From positions 93,943-157,942 of the forward strand of contig JAHLVW010000015.1 of NCBI GenBank assembly GCA_019058275.1: a stretch of 64,000 nucleotides of DNA, read 5' to 3'. Positions 18,521 to 28,547 of this stretch are shown in pieces. The translations under genes and the position numbers were made by a program. The notes beneath the pieces are model-generated. The model was not told the origin of the DNA and made no database searches. It saw only the letters and a program-made list of their open reading frames with translations. Every line of letters starts with the position of its first letter. Position 1 is the stretch's first letter. This DNA is from Candidatus Heimdallarchaeota archaeon (GTDB taxonomy: Archaea; Asgardarchaeota; Heimdallarchaeia; JABLTI01).

Positions 18521-21500
18521 ATGAGAGAAGAGATGATTCTGCTTTCCAATAAAAATTATAAGCAAATGCTATTTGTGATTTTATTTATTGAAATATTGCT
18601 AGTGAATATAGCTTTTTCAGAGAATAATGGGAGAATACAAGCTTCATATAATAGCAAAAAGTGTAACAGTTCTGATGAAAAGTTTAGCTCAGCAGATACT
18701 CTCTCTGAAAATCCTTTGATTTCATCAACTGTAAACAGTGAATCTAGTATAGGAGTGAGCAGTTATGGAATCCAAGCGGAAAATTACACAAGCTATTTGT
18801 GGACAATAGACACAGTGCTTCAAAATGATGTCAGTTATGTTTTTGATTTGAAGATAGTTGCTGACAGCGAAGATAACATACATGTAATAATACTTGGAAA
18901 AATAAATGATAATATAGGAATATATCATAAGATATTTTTCAAAAACAATCAATCTTGGAATGAATTAAAGTTTATAGGAACAGCTGCAACTAGCTCATAC
19001 CTTTCCACAATGGATGTTGTAGCTGGTCGAAATGGTACAATCCACTTAACCTACCAACTTTCTGGAGTTTGGTATCGGTTGTTTAGAAATGAAATGTGGG
19101 AGGATGGCATTCTGATTAGTTCTGGTATTCGACCGAAAATACAAACAAGTTTTAATGGACTCCCTAAAATCTTTTTCTATGATGATTGGAATTATGAGGA
19201 TGGAAGATGGAATCCAGAAACATTTTGCCTTGCAGAACAATTAATAAACAGCACATGGGCAGATAATAGGTTTTTTGATCCTTTCCCATATGGTGTTTTT
19301 AATTATGATTTAGCTATAAGTTACAGAAATCATCAAGAAATTGTAGATATGTATGTTTGTGGGATTGAGAGTATCTATGATTGGGATATCCATCAATATA
19401 TAGGGAAAAGATATAATTTCTATCATATTTCAAAATCAAATATTTCTGATGATTTATCTTCAATTAGTAATTTCCAAAATTATGTAGGGCATTATTTTGT
19501 ACCTTATGGACAAGTAGAATCATTACTGATAGCTGACCATGATGGAATACTCCACTTATTTGCGAATATCCCTTACATGACTGAAAACAGATTATATTAT
19601 CAAACATATAATGGTACTGTTTGGAAAGATCCTATTACTTTAGCTCAAAGAACGACAGACTATCTCAATATCCGTGCAAACAAAGCAGCTGCTGTAGAAC
19701 CATCTAACAGATTAGCATTTATCTGGTCATATGGAGATAGTATTAATTATTTGATGGTCGGAAAAATGCAACTGAAAACCTATCAAGAAGCTAATGGGTG
19801 GTCCGAAACAGAAGACCTACACAGCTACATAACCTATGCAAAATACCCCAACATAGTGTTTGATTCCATAGGAGATGCTCACTTAGTTTGGTGGGAAATG
19901 GTTGATGATGAACAAACAATACGATATAAATACGGATATGGTGACAGTGATGGAGATGGACTACTAAATAAAGATGAACAAGAAATTTATGGTACTGATC
20001 CATTTGATTTTGATACTGATGATGATGAATTCTCTGATGGGGAAGAAATAAGTTTAGGATTTGACCCCCTTAATCCTGATGAAGATGGGGATGGCATGTA
20101 CGATGGTTGGGAGTATCATCATGGATTAGATCCTTATATTGATGATTCAAATGATGATTTAGATATTGATCTGCTGTTAAACATTGAAGAATTTTTAGTG
20201 GGAACCTACCCAGATAGTAACGATACAGATGCAGATGATGTGAGCGATTATGATGAAGTGAAAATTTATTTTACTAATCCTTTACATGAGGATACTGATG
20301 GTGATCAAGTTCTAGATGGCATAGAGATTTATGATTTAAATTCGAATCCTAATAATACTGATACAGATGCCGATGGTATGGATGATTATTATGAGTATAC
20401 ATGGCAAGTTGTTCTTGATATCTTAGTGAATGATTCCTATCAGGATCCTGATGGAGATGGTTTGCTGAATATCTATGAATACCAATGGAATATCAATCCA
20501 AACAATCCAGATCATGATGGTGACGGATTGAATGATTATGATGAAGTAATTGTCTACTTCACTCAACCAACTATACCCGATACTGATGGAGACGGACTCT
20601 CAGACGGAGAAGAAGTCCATACATATGGTACGGACCCAAATGAAATGGATTCAGATAATGATTATGTTGATGACAAGGTAGAAATTGATAATGGGTTTGA
20701 TCCCTTAAATAATGATACAGATAATGATTTAATGCTTGATGGGTATGAATGGCTATTTGGACTCGACCCATTAAATGCTGCTGATGCTAATTATGACTAT
20801 GATTCAGATGGATTAGTGAATTATCAAGAATCATTGTACTGGTCTGATCCTTTCTCAGAAGATACTGATAACGATAATTTAACTGATAAAGAAGAGGTTG
20901 ATATTGGCACTAATCCAATCCTGCCAGATACTGATGGAGACTTATTAGACGATTATTTAGAAATCATGTTTTTGCATACAAATGCTACAAATGTTGATAC
21001 CGATTATGATGGGTTAACCGATTATCAAGAATATATAATTTATCAAACAAATCCTACAATCGCCGACACAGATGAGGATTTTTTAGGTGATGGTGATGAA
21101 GTGTTAATCTATGGTACTAATCCACTCAAGGAAGATACAGACGGCGAAGGACTTAGTGATGGAGATGAGGTTGCCTTAGGAACTAATCCATTAAATAGAG
21201 ACACAGAAGGTGATGGTATGGATGATTTTTGGGAGATAAGCAACAACCTTAATCCTTTGGCAGATGATGCTTCAGGTGATGCTGATAGTGATGGTGTTTC
21301 TAATCTTACTGAATATCAATTTGCTTCTAATCCACAAGAAAGAGATACTGATCAAGATGAATTAACAGATTATCAAGAAATCTATGAATATGGAACATCT
21401 CCAATAAACAATGATACAGATTTTGATGGTTTAACTGACTATGATGAGTTGATGATTTATCACACTTCACCTCTTGACATAGACACTGATGATGATAGAA

Positions 21501-21766
21501 TAAATGATGGGGAAGAAGTACTCATCGGTACCAATCCCACATTGTTTGATACTGATGGTGATGGTGTTGGTGATGGTCAAGAAATAAAAGATGGTACTGA
21601 TCCTCTTAATCCAAATGATAATAAACTTAAAAATGTTCGTAATTTTGTAATTGGATTGACTATAATTGCAATCAATTTTCTATTCCTATATTACTTCATT
21701 CCAACCTTTGTAATGAAAATTAGAACTAGAAAAGTTCGTAAAGAGCTGAATTCTAAGTCATTTTAG
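18521..21766 (+). CDS. Large surface protein: beta-rich (propeller-like) head + long TSP3-type Ca-binding repeat stalk + C-terminal TM
   Basis: Signal peptide, D-x-x-G-x-x-H-L-x-W repeats, more than 20 TNP..DTDGDGL.DG.E units, TM helix and basic tail. Confidence 0.85.
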   Translation: MREEMILLSNKNYKQMLFVILFIEILLVNIAFSENNGRIQASYNSKKCNSSDEKFSSADTLSENPLISSTVNSESSIGVSSYGIQAENYTSYLWTIDTVLQNDVSYVFDLKIVADSEDNIHVIILGKINDNIGIYHKIFFKNNQSWNELKFIGTAATSSYLSTMDVVAGRNGTIHLTYQLSGVWYRLFRNEMWEDGILISSGIRPKIQTSFNGLPKIFFYDDWNYEDGRWNPETFCLAEQLINSTWADNRFFDPFPYGVFNYDLAISYRNHQEIVDMYVCGIESIYDWDIHQYIGKRYNFYHISKSNISDDLSSISNFQNYVGHYFVPYGQVESLLIADHDGILHLFANIPYMTENRLYYQTYNGTVWKDPITLAQRTTDYLNIRANKAAAVEPSNRLAFIWSYGDSINYLMVGKMQLKTYQEANGWSETEDLHSYITYAKYPNIVFDSIGDAHLVWWEMVDDEQTIRYKYGYGDSDGDGLLNKDEQEIYGTDPFDFDTDDDEFSDGEEISLGFDPLNPDEDGDGMYDGWEYHHGLDPYIDDSNDDLDIDLLLNIEEFLVGTYPDSNDTDADDVSDYDEVKIYFTNPLHEDTDGDQVLDGIEIYDLNSNPNNTDTDADGMDDYYEYTWQVVLDILVNDSYQDPDGDGLLNIYEYQWNINPNNPDHDGDGLNDYDEVIVYFTQPTIPDTDGDGLSDGEEVHTYGTDPNEMDSDNDYVDDKVEIDNGFDPLNNDTDNDLMLDGYEWLFGLDPLNAADANYDYDSDGLVNYQESLYWSDPFSEDTDNDNLTDKEEVDIGTNPILPDTDGDLLDDYLEIMFLHTNATNVDTDYDGLTDYQEYIIYQTNPTIADTDEDFLGDGDEVLIYGTNPLKEDTDGEGLSDGDEVALGTNPLNRDTEGDGMDDFWEISNNLNPLADDASGDADSDGVSNLTEYQFASNPQERDTDQDELTDYQEIYEYGTSPINNDTDFDGLTDYDELMIYHTSPLDIDTDDDRINDGEEVLIGTNPTLFDTDGDGVGDGQEIKDGTDPLNPNDNKLKNVRNFVIGLTIIAINFLFLYYFIPTFVMKIRTRKVRKELNSKSF

Positions 21767-22010
21767 AATTGAATATGAGAAAACATGAGCGTTATTAACT
21801 ATCTTGAGTTTCTGATGATGAATTTACTTAGTGTATTTAGTGTTACTGTTAAAAGACATAGTAAGAAAAAAGCAAGTCACATTTTGTGACCTCATTTTGA
21901 GTCTTCAAACTGTGAATCTGCTTTAAATATCATTTTCAGTATGTGTATCTTGTGTGGTGATATCTATGATAGAAAAAATAACAGTTAGAAAACAAAGGAA
22001 AGACTTCCGA

Positions 22011-22165
22011 AAGGAGATTCGAGTTCCTGATATGTTTGCAAATAAGAAAATTATCCCTTATTAAAAACGAATGAATGCCCAGTCCCCAAAGTATTACTCA
22101 TTTTGTCTCCGAGATGAGTTGAATTCTAGAAGGGTTAGAGTTTGTCAGGAACTCCAATCCTTCTA
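22011..22165. ncRNA. Candidate structured ncRNA or MITE-like element (unassigned)
   Basis: GAGTTCCTGA (22021-22030) pairs with TCAGGAACTC (22145-22154) with flanking extensions; internal hairpins; alternative hairpin 22127-22165. Confidence 0.4.
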
Positions 22166-22240
22166 CTTATCCGTGATTATTTCGCATTATATGTCACTAA
22201 TTTTTTAAGTCTCTTCTATTAGCAACATTATAGTGTTTAT

Positions 22241-23197
22241 TTGGAGTTTTGCGTTTTGCCTAAGAAAAGCTCAAGTCACAAGCTTAAAGTCGTTAAACAT
22301 GCGAATATCTGGAAAAATATGACTGTAGCAGATTTGCTTAAAGAATACAAGAAAATCGGCTTTAGCGGTAAAGAGCTTGCTAAAGCTCGTGATGTTATGA
22401 AAGCAATGCTTGAGGATAAGGATTGTATTAAATTCGCCACTCTTGCTGGTGCTCTTATTCCTGGTGGTCTGAAAAAAGTTATCTACAGTTTAATTGAAAA
22501 TGATTTGGTTGATGCATTAATAGTTACTGGTTCAATTCTCACACATGACTTGATTGAAGCCTTTGGTGAAGCTCATTTCCATGCTCCATTAAAAGTTCCT
22601 GATTATGAATTACAAAAGCAAGAGCTCAATCGAATCTACAATGTTGTAGTACCAACAAAAGGCTATCGAGATTTAGAGGATGGGTTACAAGCAATTTTTC
22701 CTAAGCTCCCACAAGAAACCATGTCAGCTGCAAGATTTCTTCATGAGCTCGGTAAACAAATGCCTGTTAATTGTCTGGTAAAAATTACTGCGGAAAAAAA
22801 TATCCCTATCTTTTGTCCCTCTTTACCAGATAGTATTCTTGGATTTCAAATCTGGATGTTCTCAAATCTACATAAACTAAAAGTTAATCCTTCACTGGAT
22901 CAACAAGATTTATTGGACTTTACTTGGAAATCTGACGATGATCAAACTAGAGTAGGAGCACTAATTGTTGCTGGTGGTGTGCCAAAACATTTTCTGGCTT
23001 TAGCAGCTCAAATTGCAGGCAAATCACTTAACTATGCTGTCCAAATAACTATGGATCGTCCTGAGCATGGTGGTGTTAGTGGAGCATCAATAAGTGAAGC
23101 AGTTTCTTGGGGAAAAGTTGATGAAAAAGCAAAAACAGCTAATATTATTGCTGATGCTACAATAGCTCTCCCTCTTTTGATAGCTTCTTTGCTATAA
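22241..23197 (+). CDS. dys: Deoxyhypusine synthase
   Basis: TGSILTHD, PIFCPSLPDS, GGVPKH, GGVSGA..SEAVSWGK with catalytic Lys, DATIALP. Confidence 0.95.
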   Translation: MEFCVLPKKSSSHKLKVVKHANIWKNMTVADLLKEYKKIGFSGKELAKARDVMKAMLEDKDCIKFATLAGALIPGGLKKVIYSLIENDLVDALIVTGSILTHDLIEAFGEAHFHAPLKVPDYELQKQELNRIYNVVVPTKGYRDLEDGLQAIFPKLPQETMSAARFLHELGKQMPVNCLVKITAEKNIPIFCPSLPDSILGFQIWMFSNLHKLKVNPSLDQQDLLDFTWKSDDDQTRVGALIVAGGVPKHFLALAAQIAGKSLNYAVQITMDRPEHGGVSGASISEAVSWGKVDEKAKTANIIADATIALPLLIASLL

Positions 23198-23369
23198 AAT
23201 TACATTCAAACGCATAAAAAAGTTCAATCTAATTTGAACGAAAAGAAAAGATAAAATACTAAAAAGACTATATATTATATATAAGAAATAAAGTAGTTCC
23301 CAAAAGTTTATTATAACTTTAAAATTCGCTTTTGGTAAATTTACATGATTTGATGGTTGTATTTGAATA

Positions 23370-24026
23370 TTGGAGGAAATGATTTCTAGAATGTCTACTC
23401 AAGACGCCAATTATAATTTACTTGAATCCGTTGTCCGAGAAATAGGTGGAGATGATGCTGTAAAAGTTGCATCCCTTCTCGACCCTACAGAAGAAACAAC
23501 TGATGAAGCTATTGCTGCTGGAGCAGAGATGAAATTAAATGCGGTTCGTAAAGTTCTCTACCGATTGTATGATGCAAGACTAGCTGAATTTAGACGAATA
23601 AGGGATAAGAGTACAGGTTGGTTTATCTACTTCTGGCGTTTGAAGCCTAATAGAGTAGAAGAGCTAGTTATTAATCGTAAGAAAACTGTTTATCGAAAAT
23701 TAAAGGCTCGATTGGATTACGAACAGAAATATCATTTCTTCAATTGTGATCAAAATTATTGTCCAAGATATACTTTTGATGAAGCTATGGAAAATAACTT
23801 TAAATGTATTGAATGTAATGGTGAGCTTCGAGCTTTTGACAATTCTGATATTATTAAGAATCTTAGTAAAAAGGTCAAAGAATTGCGAAAATCATTAAAA
23901 GAATCTGGTGTGAATGTTGACCAAATAGACACTGGTATAGAGGAACAAACTGGTCAAATTATTGCTACAACTAAACCTACAGCAACTGCTGATAGTACTG
24001 GTAATAGTTCACATGGTTCCAAATAA
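23370..24026 (+). CDS. tfe: Transcription factor E (TFIIE alpha homolog)
   Basis: TDEAIA..LNAVRKVLYRLY..RDKSTGWFIYFW wHTH, Zn ribbon (FKCIECNGEL..DNS). Confidence 0.95.
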   Translation: MEEMISRMSTQDANYNLLESVVREIGGDDAVKVASLLDPTEETTDEAIAAGAEMKLNAVRKVLYRLYDARLAEFRRIRDKSTGWFIYFWRLKPNRVEELVINRKKTVYRKLKARLDYEQKYHFFNCDQNYCPRYTFDEAMENNFKCIECNGELRAFDNSDIIKNLSKKVKELRKSLKESGVNVDQIDTGIEEQTGQIIATTKPTATADSTGNSSHGSK

Positions 24027-24075
24027 ACTCACTAAATTCTAGTTATTTGTTTTTGTAAATGATATACATTATTTC

Positions 24076-24867
24076 ATGTTGGAGTGCGAAAGTATTTTGA
24101 TAAAAGTTAGTTTAGCAACAAAGATTCATACAAAAAAGCGAGAATCATTTAGATTATTTGATAAAGAAGTAAGAGATGCAATAAAAGACCTTGATGTTTC
24201 TATTTCAGCTGTTATTTTTGAAGAAGCAGGATACGTCACTATATCCTTGAAAGGAGATGATGAAATTGCAGCTGCTAACTACCTAACCTCTTTGTATGGC
24301 AAAAGAGCAAATCTAGGCGAGTTGAAGGAAGGGGATATTGTAAAAGGATACATTTGTTCTAGTGGTAAAGTTGGTTTCGGTATTTTTGTAGATATAGGTA
24401 TCAAAGAACCTTATGCTGTCGATGCACTACTACCAATGTATGCTCTCAGAGAACAGCTTACAGAAAACAAGAAAGTTCCAGTAAGGAAGATAATTGATAG
24501 TTTTGGACTTGTTAACAACATTCCATTGGAATTAACTATCGTGAAAGCTAGCATTGGTTTGAAAAAGATTGAAGCAAAATTATCACAAAATCAACTTGAA
24601 TTATTTGAACGTTGGATGGAAGAAAGTTTAGATAGACTCTATATTGTTGGTGCTTTTGAGAATGAAATAGAAAATGCATTAACTAGCACTAATCATGAAA
24701 AAGATATTATTTCAATTGAAAAACTTGGTTGGATGGAAAATATAATTTCATGCAAATTTAACACCAGTGCTAAAGGTCTTATCCCAATATTAGGTCGAGT
24801 TTTACCAAAAGCAAAATTCGAGATTTTTTCTCCATCGAGAATAAAGAAAGTATTGAAGGAAAACTAG
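24076..24867 (+). CDS. DUF2110 family protein
   Basis: Typical archaeal neighbour of tfe; GDDEIAAANYL..GKVGFGIFVDIG. Confidence 0.75.
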   Translation: MLECESILIKVSLATKIHTKKRESFRLFDKEVRDAIKDLDVSISAVIFEEAGYVTISLKGDDEIAAANYLTSLYGKRANLGELKEGDIVKGYICSSGKVGFGIFVDIGIKEPYAVDALLPMYALREQLTENKKVPVRKIIDSFGLVNNIPLELTIVKASIGLKKIEAKLSQNQLELFERWMEESLDRLYIVGAFENEIENALTSTNHEKDIISIEKLGWMENIISCKFNTSAKGLIPILGRVLPKAKFEIFSPSRIKKVLKEN

Positions 24868-25535
24868 GTATCTATTTTGTTTTCTTCTTTTAATTCTTCT
24901 TCATCTACCAAAACTTCCTTCTTTATCAATCCATGGATTAAATTGTAAAGAATTTCAACAATATCCTCAATACTTTGTTCACTGTCAATTAGGAAATAAT
25001 TTCCTACTTGATCATTGTTATATATCTCTAGAAAAAGGTCCCTAACTTGCTGTAGGTATTGCTGCCCTTCAAAGGTATTGATTTTTGATCTATCCTTTAC
25101 AATTCTTTGAATAGCAACTTTAACATCTAGATCAAAAATTATTGTTAAATCTGGTTCCGGGAATTTATCCCTATTCGTGTTAAGTATACTCTCCCAATCA
25201 TTATTATTACGAACACCTTGATAGCAAGCAGTTGAAAAGAAGTATCTATCCATAAAAACAATCTTTTTCTCTTCCAAAGCTGGAAGAATTCGATGTTCAA
25301 CATCCCATCCTCTATCTTCCAAAAACCATTGTAGTTCAGTTTCAAGTGAAGGTCTGTCATTCACATAGCTTTCTCTAATTTTCTTACCAGCTTCAGTTAT
25401 ATTTGTAGGTTCTTTGAATATTTCAATTGTAAAGCTCAGTGCTTCAAAACGTTTCTTAAGCATTATAGCTAGAGATGTTTTCCCTGTACCATCAATTCCT
25501 TCAAATGCTATTAACAGACCTTTTTTCATTTTCAC
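24864..25535 (-). CDS. tmk: Thymidylate kinase
   Basis: FEGIDGTGKT, KEP, DRYFFSTACYQG, PEPDL. Confidence 0.93.
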   Translation of the reverse strand: MKMKKGLLIAFEGIDGTGKTSLAIMLKKRFEALSFTIEIFKEPTNITEAGKKIRESYVNDRPSLETELQWFLEDRGWDVEHRILPALEEKKIVFMDRYFFSTACYQGVRNNNDWESILNTNRDKFPEPDLTIIFDLDVKVAIQRIVKDRSKINTFEGQQYLQQVRDLFLEIYNNDQVGNYFLIDSEQSIEDIVEILYNLIHGLIKKEVLVDEEELKEENKIDT

Positions 25536-25621
25536 AATAATCTATCCTAATTGTTTTTACTCAATAAACTATTCTAGCTTGAAAATTAAAAAGTATTATT
25601 ATTTTATATTAATAAAAAAGC

Positions 25622-25645
25622 TGTGAAAGGATAAATCCTTACACA
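25622..25645 (-). terminator. Hairpin + U-tract after thrS
   Basis: Minus strand TGTGTAAGGAT-TT-ATCCTTTCACA then GCTTTTTTATT. Confidence 0.5.
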
Positions 25646-25646
25646 A

Positions 25647-27533
25647 TTAATTCATCTGAGAGAAGATTGGACGTAGTGTTAGCAATTGAGATAGAGTTAA
25701 AGGAACAAAAGGCAAACCTTCTGTTTCATCTTTTATACGCTTAATTAATGCTTTTTCAGTCATTGGTTTCTCTTGTCGTCCCTCACGTCTTATACGTACA
25801 TTGAATTTAACTGAATCAATTTCCTTATCGCCAATAACAAGAATATAAGGAATCCATTCTTGTTCTGCTTTTCTTATTTTCTTTCCTATTCGTTCAGAAC
25901 GATCGTCGATATCCACTCTGATTTTATGTTTAGTCAATTTCTTAACTAGCTTTTTACTAAAGGCTAAATGTTCTTCAGTTATTGGCAATAGTCTTACTTG
26001 AACAGGTGAAAGCCAAACTGGAAATGCAGGTGCTTTTCCTTGTTGTTGTTCGGTATATGCTTTTTCAAGTAAAGCATAAACAATACGCTCAATAGCTCCA
26101 GATATGCTTGTATGAAGTATTAATGGTCGTTGTTTTTCATTGTTAGAATCAATGTAGCTAATATTAAATCTCTCTGAGTTCTCGACATCGATTTGAACCG
26201 TGCTTAATGCAGCAGCTTTGTCTTGATTGTCTATGAAATTGAATTCAAATTTAGTAATGAAGTAAGCATATCTTTTATCAAACAATTCAATTAAAGCTGG
26301 TCTCTTTCTTGCTTTAACCATCTCAATGTACCAATCTTTGTTCTCCTTAAAGAAATCCTTTTGAGCACGAAAAGCTGATTCGTAATCTAGTTCAAAATAA
26401 TCAAGATTCTTTGCTGAAAGCTCATATTGTTCATTGAAATACTTCTTTGCTTCCCTTATATCTTTACATAGTGTATGCATATCTGGCATGGTAAAGGTTC
26501 GTAATCTTCGTAAAGCAGCAACCTCACCTCTTTGCTCACGTCTAAAGGAATAATGAGTCATTTCAAAGAGTTTTATTGGGAGATTATTATGTGAAATTTG
26601 AGCATCAGCACTAATTAGAAATTGTCCAAAACATGCAGCAAATCGTAGAAAATAATTATCAGTACCTGATTTTAGCACATATTGCCTTGCAGGAAAACGA
26701 TGCATGTATTCCTCTATCGCGGGATGTGTATAACTATACATGATTGGACTTTCGATAGGCATTGCCCCATACTCTATAGTCATATCTTTTACTAGTTCCT
26801 CTATCAAGTATTTCATAATCCATCCTTTAGGATACCAACGATAGTTTCCAGCATCACTTCCAGGTTCATAATCTACGAGTTCTAGCTTTCTCATTAAATT
26901 AGCATGTGGTGGAGGAATATCAGATGAGCGTTTTTTTGCAGTTTCATAGTTTGCAAATTTCTGTAGATTTTTGTGCTTGTTAAAATTGTAGTCTTTTACC
27001 GGGATTAATGTTCCATCGGGATCCATTATGAAGAATTCATGTTTTAATTCTTCCTCGCCTCTAAGAGCAGCACTTTCAACAGATTCATCTTTCTCTTTTA
27101 CTTTAGTTACTTCTCCAACTACAATTGACCTTGAAAGCTCAGATAATGGATGTCCTTTACACTTGATATCGAATGCTTTATACCAACCAAAAGGAGCACG
27201 TGTAACAGTGTAGCCTTTCTTCTTAAGGACAGTTTCCATGTCTTTTAGTACTCTTAAAGCAATATCTGGTCTTGAAGGATTATTAGATAAATGAACCCAA
27301 GGATATAATACAACATTCTTGGAACCAACTTGATCTGAGACAGCTTCAACTTCAGTAACAGCTTTTTTACTAACTTCTTCAAAATGCTCTTCATCGTTTT
27401 TTTCAACAGAAGAGAACACAACTAGACATTCTTCAACACGTCTTAGCTTTTTCTCAATTTCCTCTGCTGCCTTTATTGCTTTCTTTTTTGGTTCGAATTC
27501 TATGAAATCTGAATGAACAATTAAAATACGCAA
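25647..27533 (-). CDS. thrS: Threonyl-tRNA synthetase (archaeal type with N-terminal editing domain)
   Basis: MRILIVHSD, RAPFGWYKAF..CKGHPLSELSR, LRFAACFGQF, FRREQRGE, FTMPDMH. Confidence 0.97.
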   Translation of the reverse strand: MRILIVHSDFIEFEPKKKAIKAAEEIEKKLRRVEECLVVFSSVEKNDEEHFEEVSKKAVTEVEAVSDQVGSKNVVLYPWVHLSNNPSRPDIALRVLKDMETVLKKKGYTVTRAPFGWYKAFDIKCKGHPLSELSRSIVVGEVTKVKEKDESVESAALRGEEELKHEFFIMDPDGTLIPVKDYNFNKHKNLQKFANYETAKKRSSDIPPPHANLMRKLELVDYEPGSDAGNYRWYPKGWIMKYLIEELVKDMTIEYGAMPIESPIMYSYTHPAIEEYMHRFPARQYVLKSGTDNYFLRFAACFGQFLISADAQISHNNLPIKLFEMTHYSFRREQRGEVAALRRLRTFTMPDMHTLCKDIREAKKYFNEQYELSAKNLDYFELDYESAFRAQKDFFKENKDWYIEMVKARKRPALIELFDKRYAYFITKFEFNFIDNQDKAAALSTVQIDVENSERFNISYIDSNNEKQRPLILHTSISGAIERIVYALLEKAYTEQQQGKAPAFPVWLSPVQVRLLPITEEHLAFSKKLVKKLTKHKIRVDIDDRSERIGKKIRKAEQEWIPYILVIGDKEIDSVKFNVRIRREGRQEKPMTEKALIKRIKDETEGLPFVPLTLSQLLTLRPIFSQMN

Positions 27534-27649
27534 AATTAACCACCTATAATTTGCGATAAATCTATACTTATCTGTTTTAGATGAATTCTTTCGAACTTTG
27601 CATTAATAAAAGCTTTTGGAAATAGTAGGGAAATAGAGGAAAGAACAGC

Positions 27650-28483
27650 TTATTTTAGCATCTTCATTATAGCATAATCGATTATAGATGTTGGTAAGAA
27701 CTCAAGAAGTCTTCGTGTTTTATGATTCTTAACCTTGTAACGAGCTTTGACTCTCTTTTTATGAAGAGCCTTGTAAACAGCTTTTGCAACATGTTTTGGG
27801 TCAGATCCTTTTTCCAGTTCTTTTTCACAAGTAACAATTACTTGTTCAATGAGATTCCTAAACATTGTTTTCTCTATGTCAATATCCTCAGCATATGTGC
27901 AATAGATTTTTTCTAAAAGATCAGTCTTTATTGCTCCGGCTTGTAAATGAACTACTTTAATTCCTTGAAACATAACTTCTCTTCTTAGTGCATCTGAAAA
28001 AGCCTCGAGAGCAAATTTACTCATTGAATAGGGACCATTTAACGGAAATGCTATTCTCCCAGCTTCTGAACCAATGTTAATGATCCTGCCTTTTCTTGCT
28101 AAAATTAATGGATAGAGAGCTTTGGTTACTTTGTAAGTACCTATAACATTGACATCGATTATCTTTTGCATTTTTTTTTCGGAAACTTCAATTAAGGGGC
28201 CACCAACAAATAATCCAGCATTGTTAACTAATCCATCTATTCCTTCAGATATTTCTAGTATCTTTTCTTTTGCATCTTTGATTGATTGTAAATTAGTAAT
28301 ATCTAATAAAAGAGTGCTAATGTTTTCTCTCCCTTTTAGTTCATTCAAAGCTTTCTCATCTATATCAGTAGCTATAACGTGATCTCCTTTTTGTGTCAAG
28401 TACTCTGTAATAGTCAATCCTATGCCATTTGCTGCTCCTGTAACGAGAACTATTTTCTGTTCTTTACCCATATTTGGAAACAT
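27650..28483 (-). CDS. Short-chain dehydrogenase/reductase
   Basis: TGAANGIG, NNAG, S..YSMSK catalytic residues. Confidence 0.92.
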   Translation of the reverse strand: MFPNMGKEQKIVLVTGAANGIGLTITEYLTQKGDHVIATDIDEKALNELKGRENISTLLLDITNLQSIKDAKEKILEISEGIDGLVNNAGLFVGGPLIEVSEKKMQKIIDVNVIGTYKVTKALYPLILARKGRIINIGSEAGRIAFPLNGPYSMSKFALEAFSDALRREVMFQGIKVVHLQAGAIKTDLLEKIYCTYAEDIDIEKTMFRNLIEQVIVTCEKELEKGSDPKHVAKAVYKALHKKRVKARYKVKNHKTRRLLEFLPTSIIDYAIMKMLK

Positions 28484-28547
28484 CCTAAATAGTTAGTAAT
28501 AAATTCAAATTTTGAAGAACTAAGAACTTTAGTTCCTTTAAAATTAC

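Noticed and set aside
19940-21620. DNA-level tandem repeats or a diversity-generating target in the TSP3 region
   Set aside because: Repeats are degenerate protein-level Ca-binding units with diverged codons; no reverse transcriptase or template/variable repeat pair was seen
21785-21988. Possible selenoprotein: 67-codon frame with in-frame TGA (21887) in L*PHF..CILCG, followed by a structured element
   Set aside because: No convincing SECIS (no AUGA/GA quartet geometry), poor coding appearance, and HdrA, MvhD and MvhA in this window use Cys at all positions; more likely chance or a decayed zinc ribbon
22003-22032. tRNA 3'-half or split tRNA (AGGAA-CTCGAAT-CTCCT resembles a T arm)
   Set aside because: Lacks TTC, has a stem mismatch, and has no acceptor/CCA or matching 5' half; better explained as one arm of the inverted repeat
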